Under the pieces are notes generated by a model. That model was given only the letters and a program-made list of their open reading frames with translations, did not search any database and was not told the origin of the DNA. The position numbers were made by a program, and so were the translations under genes. A DNA stretch of 24,287 nt from assembly GCA_038207085.1 (NCBI GenBank), contig JBBRAE010000036.1, positions 1-24,287 of the forward strand, written 5' to 3'. How positions within the stretch are numbered: position 1 is the first letter of the stretch; every line of letters starts with the position of its first letter. Positions 1 through 9,543 of this stretch are shown here, piece after piece. This DNA is from Armatimonadota bacterium (GTDB taxonomy: Bacteria; Armatimonadota; UBA5829; DTLH01).

Positions 1-1203
1 GCGAGCTGCCGCGACGACGAATGCCGCCTCTGTCGGATCACCGTTTGCGCTGAACTTCCCATCGGCTTCCATCAACTCCGAATCGCTCGCTAGCGCTGCA
101 CCGGCCAGCGCCCTCTTCGCCTGCTCGTTCTCCAGAAGACTTCCGCCAACCACTTCCTCCGGCACTCCCGGGATCCACACCGACTCCACCGTCATTCGGT
201 TCTGCGTCAGCGTCCCGGTTTTGTCTGTTACAATGACCGTGGCAGAACCCAAAGACTCCACCGCTGGAAGCCGCCGTATGATCGCATTCCGGCGGGCCAT
301 GCTCCTGAGCCCCATCGCCAGTGCCACAGTCACCACAGCGGGCAGACCTTCAGGAATGGCGGCTACCGCAGAAGCCACCGCAAACATAAACATCTCCAGC
401 ACGTCGATTCCCCTGAGAAGGCCTATGACGAACACCAAGCCCGCCAGTCCGAGGGCGATGATCCCCAGCGTCTTGCCCACAACCGCCAACTGCCGCTGCA
501 GTGGAGTGTCCTCACGCTCCGTCGCACGCACCTCCGTGGCGATCTTGCCAAACTCGGTGGCCCCACCTGTCTCCGCAACAACAGCCATCCCCCGACCCCG
601 TGTCACGACCGTACCGGAGTAGACCATATTGCTGCGCGCGGCGAGCGCCGTCTTCGTGTCCACGGACTCCGCATTCTTCTCCACCGGCTCAGACTCGCCT
701 GTCAGCGCAGACTCGTTGGACTCCAGACTATGCGCTTCCAGCACCCTGCCATCCGCGGGAACTCTGTCCCCGGCGACAAGCATCACCACATCCCCGGGTA
801 CCAGTTGCGCCGACACGATATCCCGTTCCTCACCACCTCGACTGACCCTTGCCGTGGGTGCGGCGAACTTCGCAAGTTCCGCCATGGCCCGTTCCGCCCG
901 ATACTCTTGAACGAATCCAATAACGGTGTTGAGGATAACAATCGTGAGTATGACCGCTGCATCCGTAGGGTGTCCCGCCGCCAGCGATACCCCCGCCGCG
1001 ATGGCAAGCACATATACCAGTGGGCTTTTTACCTGCGCGACCGCAGTGTGCAGCCAGGATATCTCTGCCTGCTGCCCAAACTCGTTCGGTCCATACAGCG
1101 CAAGACGCTCTTCCGCTTCCTCTTCGCGCAACCCGTCGCGCGAAGACCCTAGCGCCGCCAGGGCTTCGTCCACACCTATCGCATGCCAAATGTGTTCTAC
1201 CAA
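1..1203 (-). CDS. Cation-transporting P-type ATPase, type IIA (Ca2+-type); 3' part lies beyond the window start
   Basis: Not in the ORF track because it has no stop in the window; translated by hand. TTG start at 1203 with GGAGG at 1215-1211. MVEHIWHAIGVDEALAALGSSRDGLREEEAEERLALYGPNE N-terminus, ESALTGES actuator motif, AVAAIPEGLP TM4 motif, DKTGTLTQNRM phosphorylation motif. Confidence 0.95.
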   Translation of the reverse strand, partial: MVEHIWHAIGVDEALAALGSSRDGLREEEAEERLALYGPNEFGQQAEISWLHTAVAQVKSPLVYVLAIAAGVSLAAGHPTDAAVILTIVILNTVIGFVQEYRAERAMAELAKFAAPTARVSRGGEERDIVSAQLVPGDVVMLVAGDRVPADGRVLEAHSLESNESALTGESEPVEKNAESVDTKTALAARSNMVYSGTVVTRGRGMAVVAETGGATEFGKIATEVRATEREDTPLQRQLAVVGKTLGIIALGLAGLVFVIGLLRGIDVLEMFMFAVASAVAAIPEGLPAVVTVALAMGLRSMARRNAIIRRLPAVESLGSATVIVTDKTGTLTQNRMTVESVWIPGVPEEVVGGSLLENEQAKRALAGAALASDSELMEADGKFSANGDPTEAAFVVAAAR

Positions 1204-1274
1204 CCAGTTACCTCCATGCCAATGCCGCTTGCTAGCCGGCATTATTCACGAGTGGCGTGAATAATGCTCTGTTA

Positions 1275-1311
1275 GCGAAAGCTTTTTTCGCTTCACGAAT
1301 AAAGCGGGCTA
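1275..1311 (+). repeat. Dispersed palindromic REP-like repeat, copy 1
   Basis: GCGAAA-GCTTTTTTCG-CTTCA-CGAATAAAGC-GGGCTA; matches copies at 1665, 9881 and 16031. Confidence 0.9.
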
Positions 1312-1385
1312 GCTCAATGGCTAACATGACGACTTACCCTGTTTATTCCAATAGTAAGCTCATCCGGTGTGATATTCGGGGTCAA

Positions 1386-1620
1386 CTAATCAGTTCGTTT
1401 GGCACACACCAACGTCAGATCGTTCCGCAGGTTCTTTTCCGTTCTGGATTCAATGACAGTCAGGACGCGGTCGACCATTTCCTGAGCACCGAGGTGAGTG
1501 CTCTCTAGCAACAGGCGACGGACCACATCTCCTCTCCGAGCCGCTCTCCTGTTGTGGTCTTGGATTCGGTAGCTCCGTCCGTATTCACAGCGAGGACATC
1601 GCCGGGCTCAAGTTTGAGAC
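1386..1620 (-). pseudogene. C-terminal remnant of a PP2C/SpoIIE-family phosphatase
   Basis: Minus strand reads LKLEPGDVLAVNTDGATESKTTTGERLGEE, then a frameshift near 1530, then VVRRLLLESTHLGAQEMVDRVLTVIESRTEKNLRNDLTLVCAKRTD* (TAG 1388-1386). This follows the PGD..TDG..GE.FG..DDxT pattern; the N-terminal part is absent. Confidence 0.75.
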
Positions 1621-1658
1621 GCGAGGGCGCATTTCCACCGGCAAGCCCCTCGCGAGAC

Positions 1659-1695
1659 AGAAAAGCTTTATTCGCTTCCCGAATAAAGCAGGCTG
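1659..1695 (+). repeat. Dispersed palindromic REP-like repeat, copy 2
   Basis: Perfect arms GCTTTATTCG-CTTCC-CGAATAAAGC at 1665-1689 with more diverged flanks (AGAAAA / AGGCTG). Confidence 0.85.
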
Positions 1696-2034
1696 GAATG
1701 ATTGCTGTATTCACAGTGTCAGCCGAAAATCAGGGACATCCGAATTATGATGCCTTTATTTATGCACGTCGGCTCAGTATGATCCCCCTCTTCTTCATAG
1801 CTATGCCGTTCAACGAAATCCTCACCAGGGTGTTTGGCATACTATGGATTTTCGGTAGATAACTATATGGTTAGCCGCAGAGTATTCGAGCCGAGAATTA
1901 TTCTCGACTTTCGGGTTGAAGGCTCAGTGGATATTCGTTAAGTCACTGCCCGAAAGTCAATAGGCAGATCGGCGCACACCAGCGACAAGCGAGCATCAGG
2001 TGTCGCCATATCATCAACATATTTGATTCTTCGC

Positions 2035-2063
2035 GTTTGAACCTCAGCTGTAGTTGGTATAAT
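2035..2063 (+). promoter_or_regulatory. Putative sigma70 extended -10 promoter for the multicopper oxidase gene
   Basis: TG-G-TATAAT at 2055-2063; weak -35-like TTGAAC at 2037-2042; about 200 nt upstream of ATG 2264. Confidence 0.5.
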
Positions 2064-2263
2064 TTCAAAGACGCTGAACCCATACCAGCCTGCTACCAGG
2101 CGGTTAGATCAGCCTCAGGTCAAGATCGCCGCTACAGCAGTATTAGAAAAAATGCAGCTACGGACAGCCATACTGCATCGCGCGATTCCGTCCCCGAAAA
2201 CAACTAATTCAGAGGCAGACCTACGCAACATGGACTGCCCGCAGGTGAAAGGACAAGACTAAT

Positions 2264-5200
2264 ATGGACAGACACCGACCCCTTTTGCGACTGCTCCTTG
2301 CGGCGGCCGCCGTCACCCTTGTCATCGGCCAAATCCCCTCCCAAGGGGATACTGGCGTGGCGACTGAGAAAACGGATGCCTATACCGCCGCCAAGAAGCG
2401 TCATGCCAGACTAGTAACCCAGGTCGAAAGAGAAGCAGCAGCCCAGCGTCTCGCCCAAAAGGTCGCTGCGGCGAAGAAGAACAATACGAAGAAGAACGGG
2501 CCCGCCACAAGCTCGCTTTCAGTGACAAGCAGCGAGCTTGGTCCGATCGTCGGACAGGGAGATGTGCCCGACTACTTCAGCCCGACCGTTCCCAACTGGA
2601 ACTACACGCCGAAGCTGAAGAAATTCGTCGACAAACTCCCCGGACTTGGCCCGGATAAGGCCAACCTGCTCGGGCAGTATATCCCCGTCGCCGTGCCGGA
2701 TCGCACAACTTACCCCGGAATCGACCCTGGAGTCAACTCCGATTACTACGAAATCGCGGTAGTTCAGTATAAAGAAAAGCTGCACAGCGAGCTTCCTCCG
2801 ACGACACTCAGAGGCTACGTGCAGATCGACACTCCGGTTATCCCCGACACGTCGACCCGGTTCGCCCTGACCTATCCCGACGGCAGCCCGATCCTCGACG
2901 CGCAGGGCAACTAGGTCTACGCGGTCGACAAGCCGCATTACCTTGGCCCGATGATCGTCGCCAAGCGAAACGTCCCAGTGCGTCTGAAGTTCAACAACTA
3001 TCTCCCCAAGGGACTCAGCGGCGACCTTTTCATCCCCGTCGATCCTTCCGTAATGGGCGCGGGTATGGGCCCGGCTATGCTTATGGCACACATGGTCGAA
3101 GCGAGCGGCAAGACGGTCTCCATAATGACCATGGAGCCCCACGGCCTGCAAGTCGGCGACAAGGTGACTCTGAAAGGCTTCCAGCCCAAAACCTACAACG
3201 GTTCTTTCACCGTAAAATCGGTACCATCAGCAATGGACCTGCAGATCGAGCTCGCGAGCGACCCCGGCGGCAATCCCACCGTCATCGGTGAGTTGATGGA
3301 GAACTACACCGACAACCGCGCAGTCGTTCACCTCCATGGCGGGCGCACCCCCTGGATCAGCGACGGCACGCCTCATCAGTGGATCACCCCCGCAGGCGAG
3401 GATACCTCCTATCCCCAGGGAGTGAGCGTCATGCCGGTCCCGGACATGCTCAATACGGACCCCGGTGACCCCCGCGACGGCTCAATGACCTACTACTACA
3501 CCAACCAGCAGAGCGCCAGATTGATGTTCTACCACGATCACGTCTACGGCATCACCCGACTGAACGTCTACGCGGGCGAGGCTGCCGGCTACATGATCGA
3601 AGATAACATCGAGCAGGCGCTCGTAGCAAGCGGAGTCATCCCATCAGAACAGATCCCGCTCATCATCCAGGACAAGATCTTCGTCGACGCGAATACGATC
3701 GGCAAGCTCGACCCGACATGGCGCTGGGGAACCGGCACGGATGATGACCTGAACGGCTATCCCGACTTCAACACGGGCGACCTCTGGGTGCCGCACGTCT
3801 ACATGCCCGCCCAGAACCCCTACGACATCTCAGGTATGGCCGCGATGGGACGCTGGCACTACGGCCCCTGGTTCTGGCCGCCTACCACCGGCATCAGCCA
3901 TCAGCCTATCGCAAACCCTTACTACAATCCCGACGTGTGGCCCTGGCAGCCGGCGGAGATCCCGGACGTGCCGGATCCTTCGATGGGAATGGAAGCCTTC
4001 AACGATACGCCGCTTGTAAACGGCACGGTATACCCGACTCTTACAATCGAGCCCAAACCCTATCGCTTGCGGATACTAAACGCCGCAAACGACCGATTCT
4101 GGAACCTGCAGCTCTACGAGGCGGACTCCACCGTGACCACGTCTGACGGCAGGACCCACACCGAGGTCAAGATGGTCCCGGCGGTCCCGAACCCGTCCGA
4201 CCCGACCTGGCCCGCAGACTATGAAGAGGGCAACCCGACCTGGCCTATCGACGGACGAGACGGGGGAGTCCCTGACTGGAACACCCGCGGCCCCAAATGG
4301 ATACAGATCGGCACCGAGGGCGGATTCCTGCCGATGCCGGTAGAGATCGTCCACCGGCCAATCGACTGGAACGTCGACGTGACGACCTTCAACGCGGGGC
4401 TCGTCAACTCCCACGCGCTCGTGCTCGGCCCTGCGGAACGCGCCGACGTCATCGTCGACTTCTCGGCTTACGCGGGAAAGACTCTTATTTTATACAATGA
4501 CGCCCCGGCTGCCTACCCCTCGCCGGACGCAAGATATGACTATTTCACCGGCATGCCTGATATGAGAGACACGGGCGGACACGACCCGACCGAGGCGGGA
4601 TTCGGCCCCAACACCCGGACGATCATGCAGATCAAAGTAGAGGGCACGCCCACCGACCCATTCGATCTCCCTGCTCTTGAGGCGGTATGGAAGTCGACAG
4701 AGACCCAGGATGGCGTCTTCAAGCGAGCACAGGACCCACTTATCGTCGCTCAGGGAGAATTGCTGCCCGGATACGACCAGTATAACAAGGCCTACAACGC
4801 CACCTTCCCGACCAGATGGCCCGACTGGGGTATATCGAGGATTCACGACACCTCGCTCAGGTTCAAAACAATCGAAGGCAACGTCTTCACTATTCCCATG
4901 GAGCGAAAAGCGATCCAGGACGAGATGGGCGAGACCTTCGACGACTACGGCAGGATGAGCGGCAAGCTCGGGCTTCAACTCCCGAACCCTCAGGCCGGAG
5001 GACAGACCTTCGTCCTGCAGAGCTATGTCGACCCGACAACCGAGGTAATCACAGCATCCATGACCCCGCTCACTCCCGCAATCGCCGGGGATGGCACGCA
5101 GATATGGAAGATCACGCACAACGGTGTCGATACCCACCCGATCCACTTCCACTTCTTCGACGTGCAGCTCATAAACCGCGTCGGCTGGGACAACGGAGTG

Positions 5201-7852
5201 ACGCTCCCGGACGCAAACGAACTGGGATGGAAAGAGACCATTCGAGTCAGCCCGCTTGAGGATACGATCGTAGCGCTGCGGCCCGTCGCGCCGAAGCTTC
5301 CGTTCAAGCTGCCGGACAGCGTTCGACTGCTCGACCCTACGATGCCCGAAGGCGCGACGTGGCCGGGATTCGACCCGATCACCGCCAACCCAATCACTGT
5401 CACAAACGCCAAGACCAACTTCGGCTGGGAGTATATGTGGCACTGCCACATCCTGAGCCACGAAGAGATGGAGATGATGCGTCCGATCTCGTTCCACGCT
5501 TCACCTGCCAAGCCGACGGCCCTCACCGCGGCGCCGTCGACCACATTCCCGGTGTTCGTGACACTTGACTGGACCAACAACGCAACGCTCCCGGCGGTCA
5601 CAAACTGGCTCATCGAGCGGGCGACCGACTCTGACTTCACGCAGAGCCTGACGACCTTCACCGTGGCCGACCCGTCCACGACCGACTATACTGACACGGC
5701 GGTCGCCCAGGGCGCGACCTACTTCTATCGCGTGCGGGCTGAAAACGAGATCGCCTACTCGGTCTGGACAGGCAGCGCATCGGCGACGACGCTCATCGTC
5801 CCACCCGCCGCGCCGACCAGCGTGCAGGCCGCCGTCACTAGTCCGACGATCATCAACATCACTTGGACGGATAACTCGGACAATGAATCCGGCTTCCGCA
5901 TCGAGCGAGCTGTTCTCCCAGGTGAATACTCGGCGATCGGCACAACACCGGCCAACGCCACCGAGTACAGCGACGACACCACCGACTGGGGCGTCACCTA
6001 CAGTTACCGAGTAGTCGCGTTCAACGCCGCGGGCGACGCGGCCTCGGACCCGGTTTCGGCACAGATCACAGGTTCTGCCCTGCCCGTTCTTGGGCAGGTG
6101 AGGGCTATCGTTCCGGACAACGAGACAGTCAACCTGACCGACCTCGTCGTCACGGGCGTCTTCCCAGACACATCGAGCTACTACGTCGTGCGCCTCGACA
6201 GGTCGGCGGGCATCCGGGTTGAATCGACGACCCTGCCCACAGTCGGACAGATCGGCTCCCTCACCGGGACGATCATCACCGCAGGCGGCGAAAGAAAGAT
6301 CACAGACGGCGTGTTCACCCCGTCGGGGAGCACGACCGTGCCCAAGCCTCTGTTCCTGCCGATACCGATCATCGGTGGCGGAAGCGCTGGACTCGTTCCG
6401 GGTATGACCGGGATGATCGGTCTGAACAACGTAGGACAGCTCGTGCGCACATTCGGAACAGTCGGCGCGACATCCCTCGGCAGCTTCACGCTGACCGACG
6501 GCACAAGCTCGATCAAAGTGGTCGTTCCCGCCGGAGTCACCGCTCCGCTCGCGGGCCAGATGGTTGCGTTGACGGGTAATTGCTCCGTCGAGGCGTCCGG
6601 CGCGGACTTCCTGCCCGTGCTCCTGGTTCGCGACCAGTCCGATCTCCAGGTGCTTCCTCAGCCCGCGACGGCTGACGCAGTGCTAAACTGGAACGGCATA
6701 TCGATCAACTCACTGAAGTCCGCCGCGCAGACCTCAGTCATCGCATCGCGCACACTTGCGATGGTCCACGCGGCTATCTACGACAGCGTCAACTCGATCA
6801 CGGGCGGCTATCAGGCCTATCGAACGACCGTCCCGGACGTCTCCGGGGCATCCAAAGAGGCGGCTGTCGCCTCGGCGGCTCACAGAGTCCTTTCCGGGCT
6901 CTTCCCTACCCAATCGGCGACACTTGACGCGGCGCTTGCCGCTTCACTCTCGCCGATCCCCGACGGCCAGGCGAAAACCGACGGCATAACCGCCGGTCAG
7001 ACCGTCGCCGACGCCATGCTCACCTGGAGAAGTATGGACCATTCGATGGACATGACTCACTTCATGGGTGGCACGGCTCCTGGGCAGTGGCGTCCGACCC
7101 CACCGGCTTACGCTATGGGAATGATGCCGCAGTGGGCGCTCGTCACCCCTTGGGCAATGACGAGCGGCACGCAGTTCCGCCTGCCGACTCCTCCCGCCCT
7201 CGACAGCGCGGAGTACGCCACTGCAGTAAACGAAACTAAGTCCATCGGTATGAAGAACAGCCTGATGCGAACGGCCGAGCAGACCCAGATCGCTTACTTC
7301 TGGGCCGACAGTCCCGGCACGGTCACCACGGTTGGCCGGTGGAATATCGTAGCGCGGGACGCGGCGATCGCCCGCAGTCTGACCCTGGAGCAGAACGCGC
7401 GCCTGTTCGCGATGCTGAACGTATCGCTCGCCGACGCGGGTATCAGCTCCTGGGACAGCAAATACTTCTACGCGCTGTGGAGGCCGATTACAGCGATCCG
7501 CGAGGCCGCATCGGACGGCAACGCGCTGACCGACGCCGATCTGACCTGGGAGCCCGAGCTTATGAATCCGGCGTTCCCTGAATACGCGTCGGCTCACAGC
7601 ACATTCAGCGGCGCGGGCGCTGAGGTTCTGAAGCGGTTCTTCGGAACCGACAACGCCGTGTTCTCGATCCCGTCTCTATCCAACCCTGCGGCATTCCGTT
7701 CCTACGGAAGCTTCACCCAGGCAGCGGACGAGGCAGGAATCAGCCGCATCTACGGCGGCATCCATTACCGCTTCAGCGACCTTGCAGGCAACTCGTCAGG
7801 TCGAAGCGTCACCGGCTACGTGTTCGACAACTACTTCCAGCCGACCCCGTAG
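2264..7852 (+). CDS. Secreted multicopper oxidase (OmpB/CotA-like) - 2x FN3 - OB-fold-like domains - vanadium haloperoxidase/PAP2 fusion, with one in-frame TAG at 2912-2914 (pseudogene, readthrough or sequencing error)
   Basis: ORFs 2264-2914 and 2951-7852 share a frame (..DAQGN*VYAVDKPHYLGPMIVA..). Signal-peptide-like N-terminus and GAAAGGA RBS. Copper motifs: HLHG (3329), FYHDH (3527), HPIHFH (5135), WHCHILSHEEMEMM (5438). FN3-like W..IER..Y.YRV.A.N twice (~5500-6070). PAP2/VHPO motifs: KYFYALWRP (7460), PEYASAH (7577), SRIYGGIHY (7742). Confidence 0.9.
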
Positions 7853-7861
7853 CAACAACCC

Positions 7862-7897
7862 ACAACGCCCGGCACCGAACCCAGTGCCGGGCGTTGT
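7862..7897 (+). terminator. GC-rich hairpin, probable terminator of the oxidase gene
   Basis: ACAACGCCCGGCAC / GTGCCGGGCGTTGT perfect 14-bp stem starting 10 nt after the stop; weak U-tract. Confidence 0.7.
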
Positions 7898-7940
7898 CCC
7901 CCCAAATTTGTCTTCTCCACCCAACTCCGAAATCGCGTAG

Positions 7941-8000
7941 GGAATAGACGGGGAAACGTGGGAGCACTACCGGGAGAACTTGGAGGCGAACCTTCAAAAC
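7941..8000 (+). pseudogene. Fragment of a group II intron-type reverse transcriptase (RT0 region)
   Basis: Translates as GIDGETWEHYRENLEANLQN, matching the G(V/I)DGxTW..Y..NLE.NL motif of intron RTs; ends exactly where the IS3-like end starts. Only 20 codons. Confidence 0.6.
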
Positions 8001-8164
8001 TATAGTGGACCCAGGAATCTAGACAGTTTTCGTGGCAGAAATAAGCTATAATCACAGACATGAGAAAGCATCACAGTGCTGCATTCAAGGTCCAGACGAT
8101 ACTGGAGGTATTGAAAGAGGAGAAGACGATCTCTCAGATAGCCGGAGTCTGTCCGGGCCTGTGA
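8001..8164 (+). mobile_element. IS3-family remnant: left inverted repeat plus truncated OrfA
   Basis: TATAGTGGACCCAGGAATCTAGACAGTTTT (8001-8030) resembles IS3-family ends, though with TA instead of TG. ATG 8060 gives MRKHHSAAFKVQTILEVLKEEKTISQIA, a typical OrfA HTH start; similarity is lost after ~8143. Confidence 0.8.
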
Positions 8165-8269
8165 CACGGTGGAGGGAATGTGTGACAACCGATACCTGAC
8201 GTTGGCCAGGCTCGATCCGGAGTGGATAGCGGCAATCTGACCCTGTGACAACGGTCTGGCATGGGAACC

Positions 8270-8680
8270 CTATTTCGTAGGCGCGGTGGTCTTCCTGATC
8301 ATCATCTCCATTGCGAGCACGATCTCCTGGTTCCCCTCTATTTCGCCGTTGATCTCCTTTATCATGAGCCTCGCACTCTCCTCACCCATCTGCTCGATTG
8401 GAAATCTCACTGTGGTCAGGATGTTATCTCAGACCGTGGAGATAATGCCGTCGGTGTCGTCGAAGCTTATAAGGCTGATATCCAGAGGGATGCTAAACCC
8501 CGCTTGCACGAGCACGCAATACACCGGTAATGCGGCGTAATCGTTGACTGCAATGACTGCGGTGATTTCCGGACGTCTTCTCAGCCGTTCGACGAGTTCT
8601 CGACCTGATGCAAGATGGTCATCATCGTAGGGTAGTTCTTGTTCGACGAGATAGTCATCACCTTGTAATTGGCGGCATGC
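8270..8680 (-). pseudogene. Degraded LacI/GntR-type regulator, sugar-binding domain
   Basis: Reads RRRPEITAVIAVNDYAALPVYCVLVQAGFSIPLDISLISFDDTDGIISTV*DNILTTVRFPIEQMGEESARLMIKEING..IVLAMEMMIRKTTAPTK*. Internal TGA at 8431-8429, a further upstream stop, and no recognisable HTH. Confidence 0.75.
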
Positions 8681-8859
8681 TTAGCAAGCAAGGATTCTGG
8701 GCATAGTATATAGATGGAGAGAATATATTCGGCCAGACGCCTAAGGCCGATGATGACCACTAATAGCCAGCGACCGCGATGATTGGTCACACTGGCTAAC
8801 TCTTTTCTGGAGTTAACACCTCGCCGCCGCACAGACGAACGGCATAACTACCGAACAGA

Positions 8860-9458
8860 CGGCTGACATTCGGACCATACGGTTATTCCTGTCACTATGG
8901 ACAGAGTCCTCAGCTCAGCGACTGCCCTAACCGGGTGCACATTCTATGCCCACCACAATGGCATTAACGGTGCGGGATTCCCTGAAAACACCAAGTTTGC
9001 CGGCAACGTGGAGTCCGTAACCAGGGCGTCCGGAAACACCGCCGGTCAGATCGACGTGGGATTCGTCAGCGCCGTTTTGCCAGGTGGGGAGCGATTACCC
9101 GTAGAGGGTCGCTCATATCGCTGGGCGATATGAGCGTCAAGGTGGACCAGATGCCCCGGCGGGCACGCGGTTCGGCTTACTTCTCGGACAAGACGTGACG
9201 ATTCCAAGCCCCAGATATGGAGCCATACCCGGATCGACCGGACCTGGTCCGGATGCCGGTTCAGGCTGGCGGGTGACTTTCGACAACCTGCAGTCTGTGA
9301 CGAGTGGCTATGACCTGATGGTGCCGTTCCGCACGGTGATGGATGCCGCATCCCGGATTATCAATGGAGCAAACTACGTTTCTGCGAGCTTTATCGAACA
9401 GCTTACCGGTAGGACTGCCTACTGGAACCAGAAGTCCGGAGTCCTGCGAATAGAATAG
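8860..9458 (+). pseudogene. Frameshifted surface/secreted protein with a copper-amine-oxidase-N-like (stalk) C-terminus
   Basis: Protein-like segments switch frames: HTVIPVTMDRVLSSATA..LPVEG / SLISLGDMSVKVD / PAGTRFGLLLGQDVTIP..LMVPFRTVMDA..YVSASFIEQLTGRTAYWNQKSGVLRIE*. Confidence 0.5.
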
Positions 9459-9473
9459 GACACCGGTTCAATA

Positions 9474-9516
9474 AATCCCAGTGCGGGGCGTTCAGAATGT
9501 GCCGCGCACTGGGGTT
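9474..9516. terminator. Intergenic hairpin
   Basis: CCCAGTGCG (9477-9485) pairs with CGCACTGGG (9505-9513), just after the stop at 9458. Confidence 0.4.
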
Positions 9517-9543
9517 GGAAATAAGATGAATGGAGAGTTACAA

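Noticed and set aside
221..1264. Several plus-strand ORFs of 70-140 aa
   Set aside because: They are antisense shadows of the P-type ATPase on the minus strand.
1931..1942. ATATTCGTTAAG, identical to part of repeat copy 4 (16040-16051)
   Set aside because: The second arm and both flanks are missing, so it cannot be supported as a fifth copy.
2912..2914. Genome-wide TAG reassignment
   Set aside because: TAG ends several clearly complete genes in this window at their expected C-termini.
7981..7990. 8-9-nt match to the tRNA-Ser acceptor stem as a possible att site
   Set aside because: Too short; the same 10-mer also occurs inside the epimerase gene at 17591.
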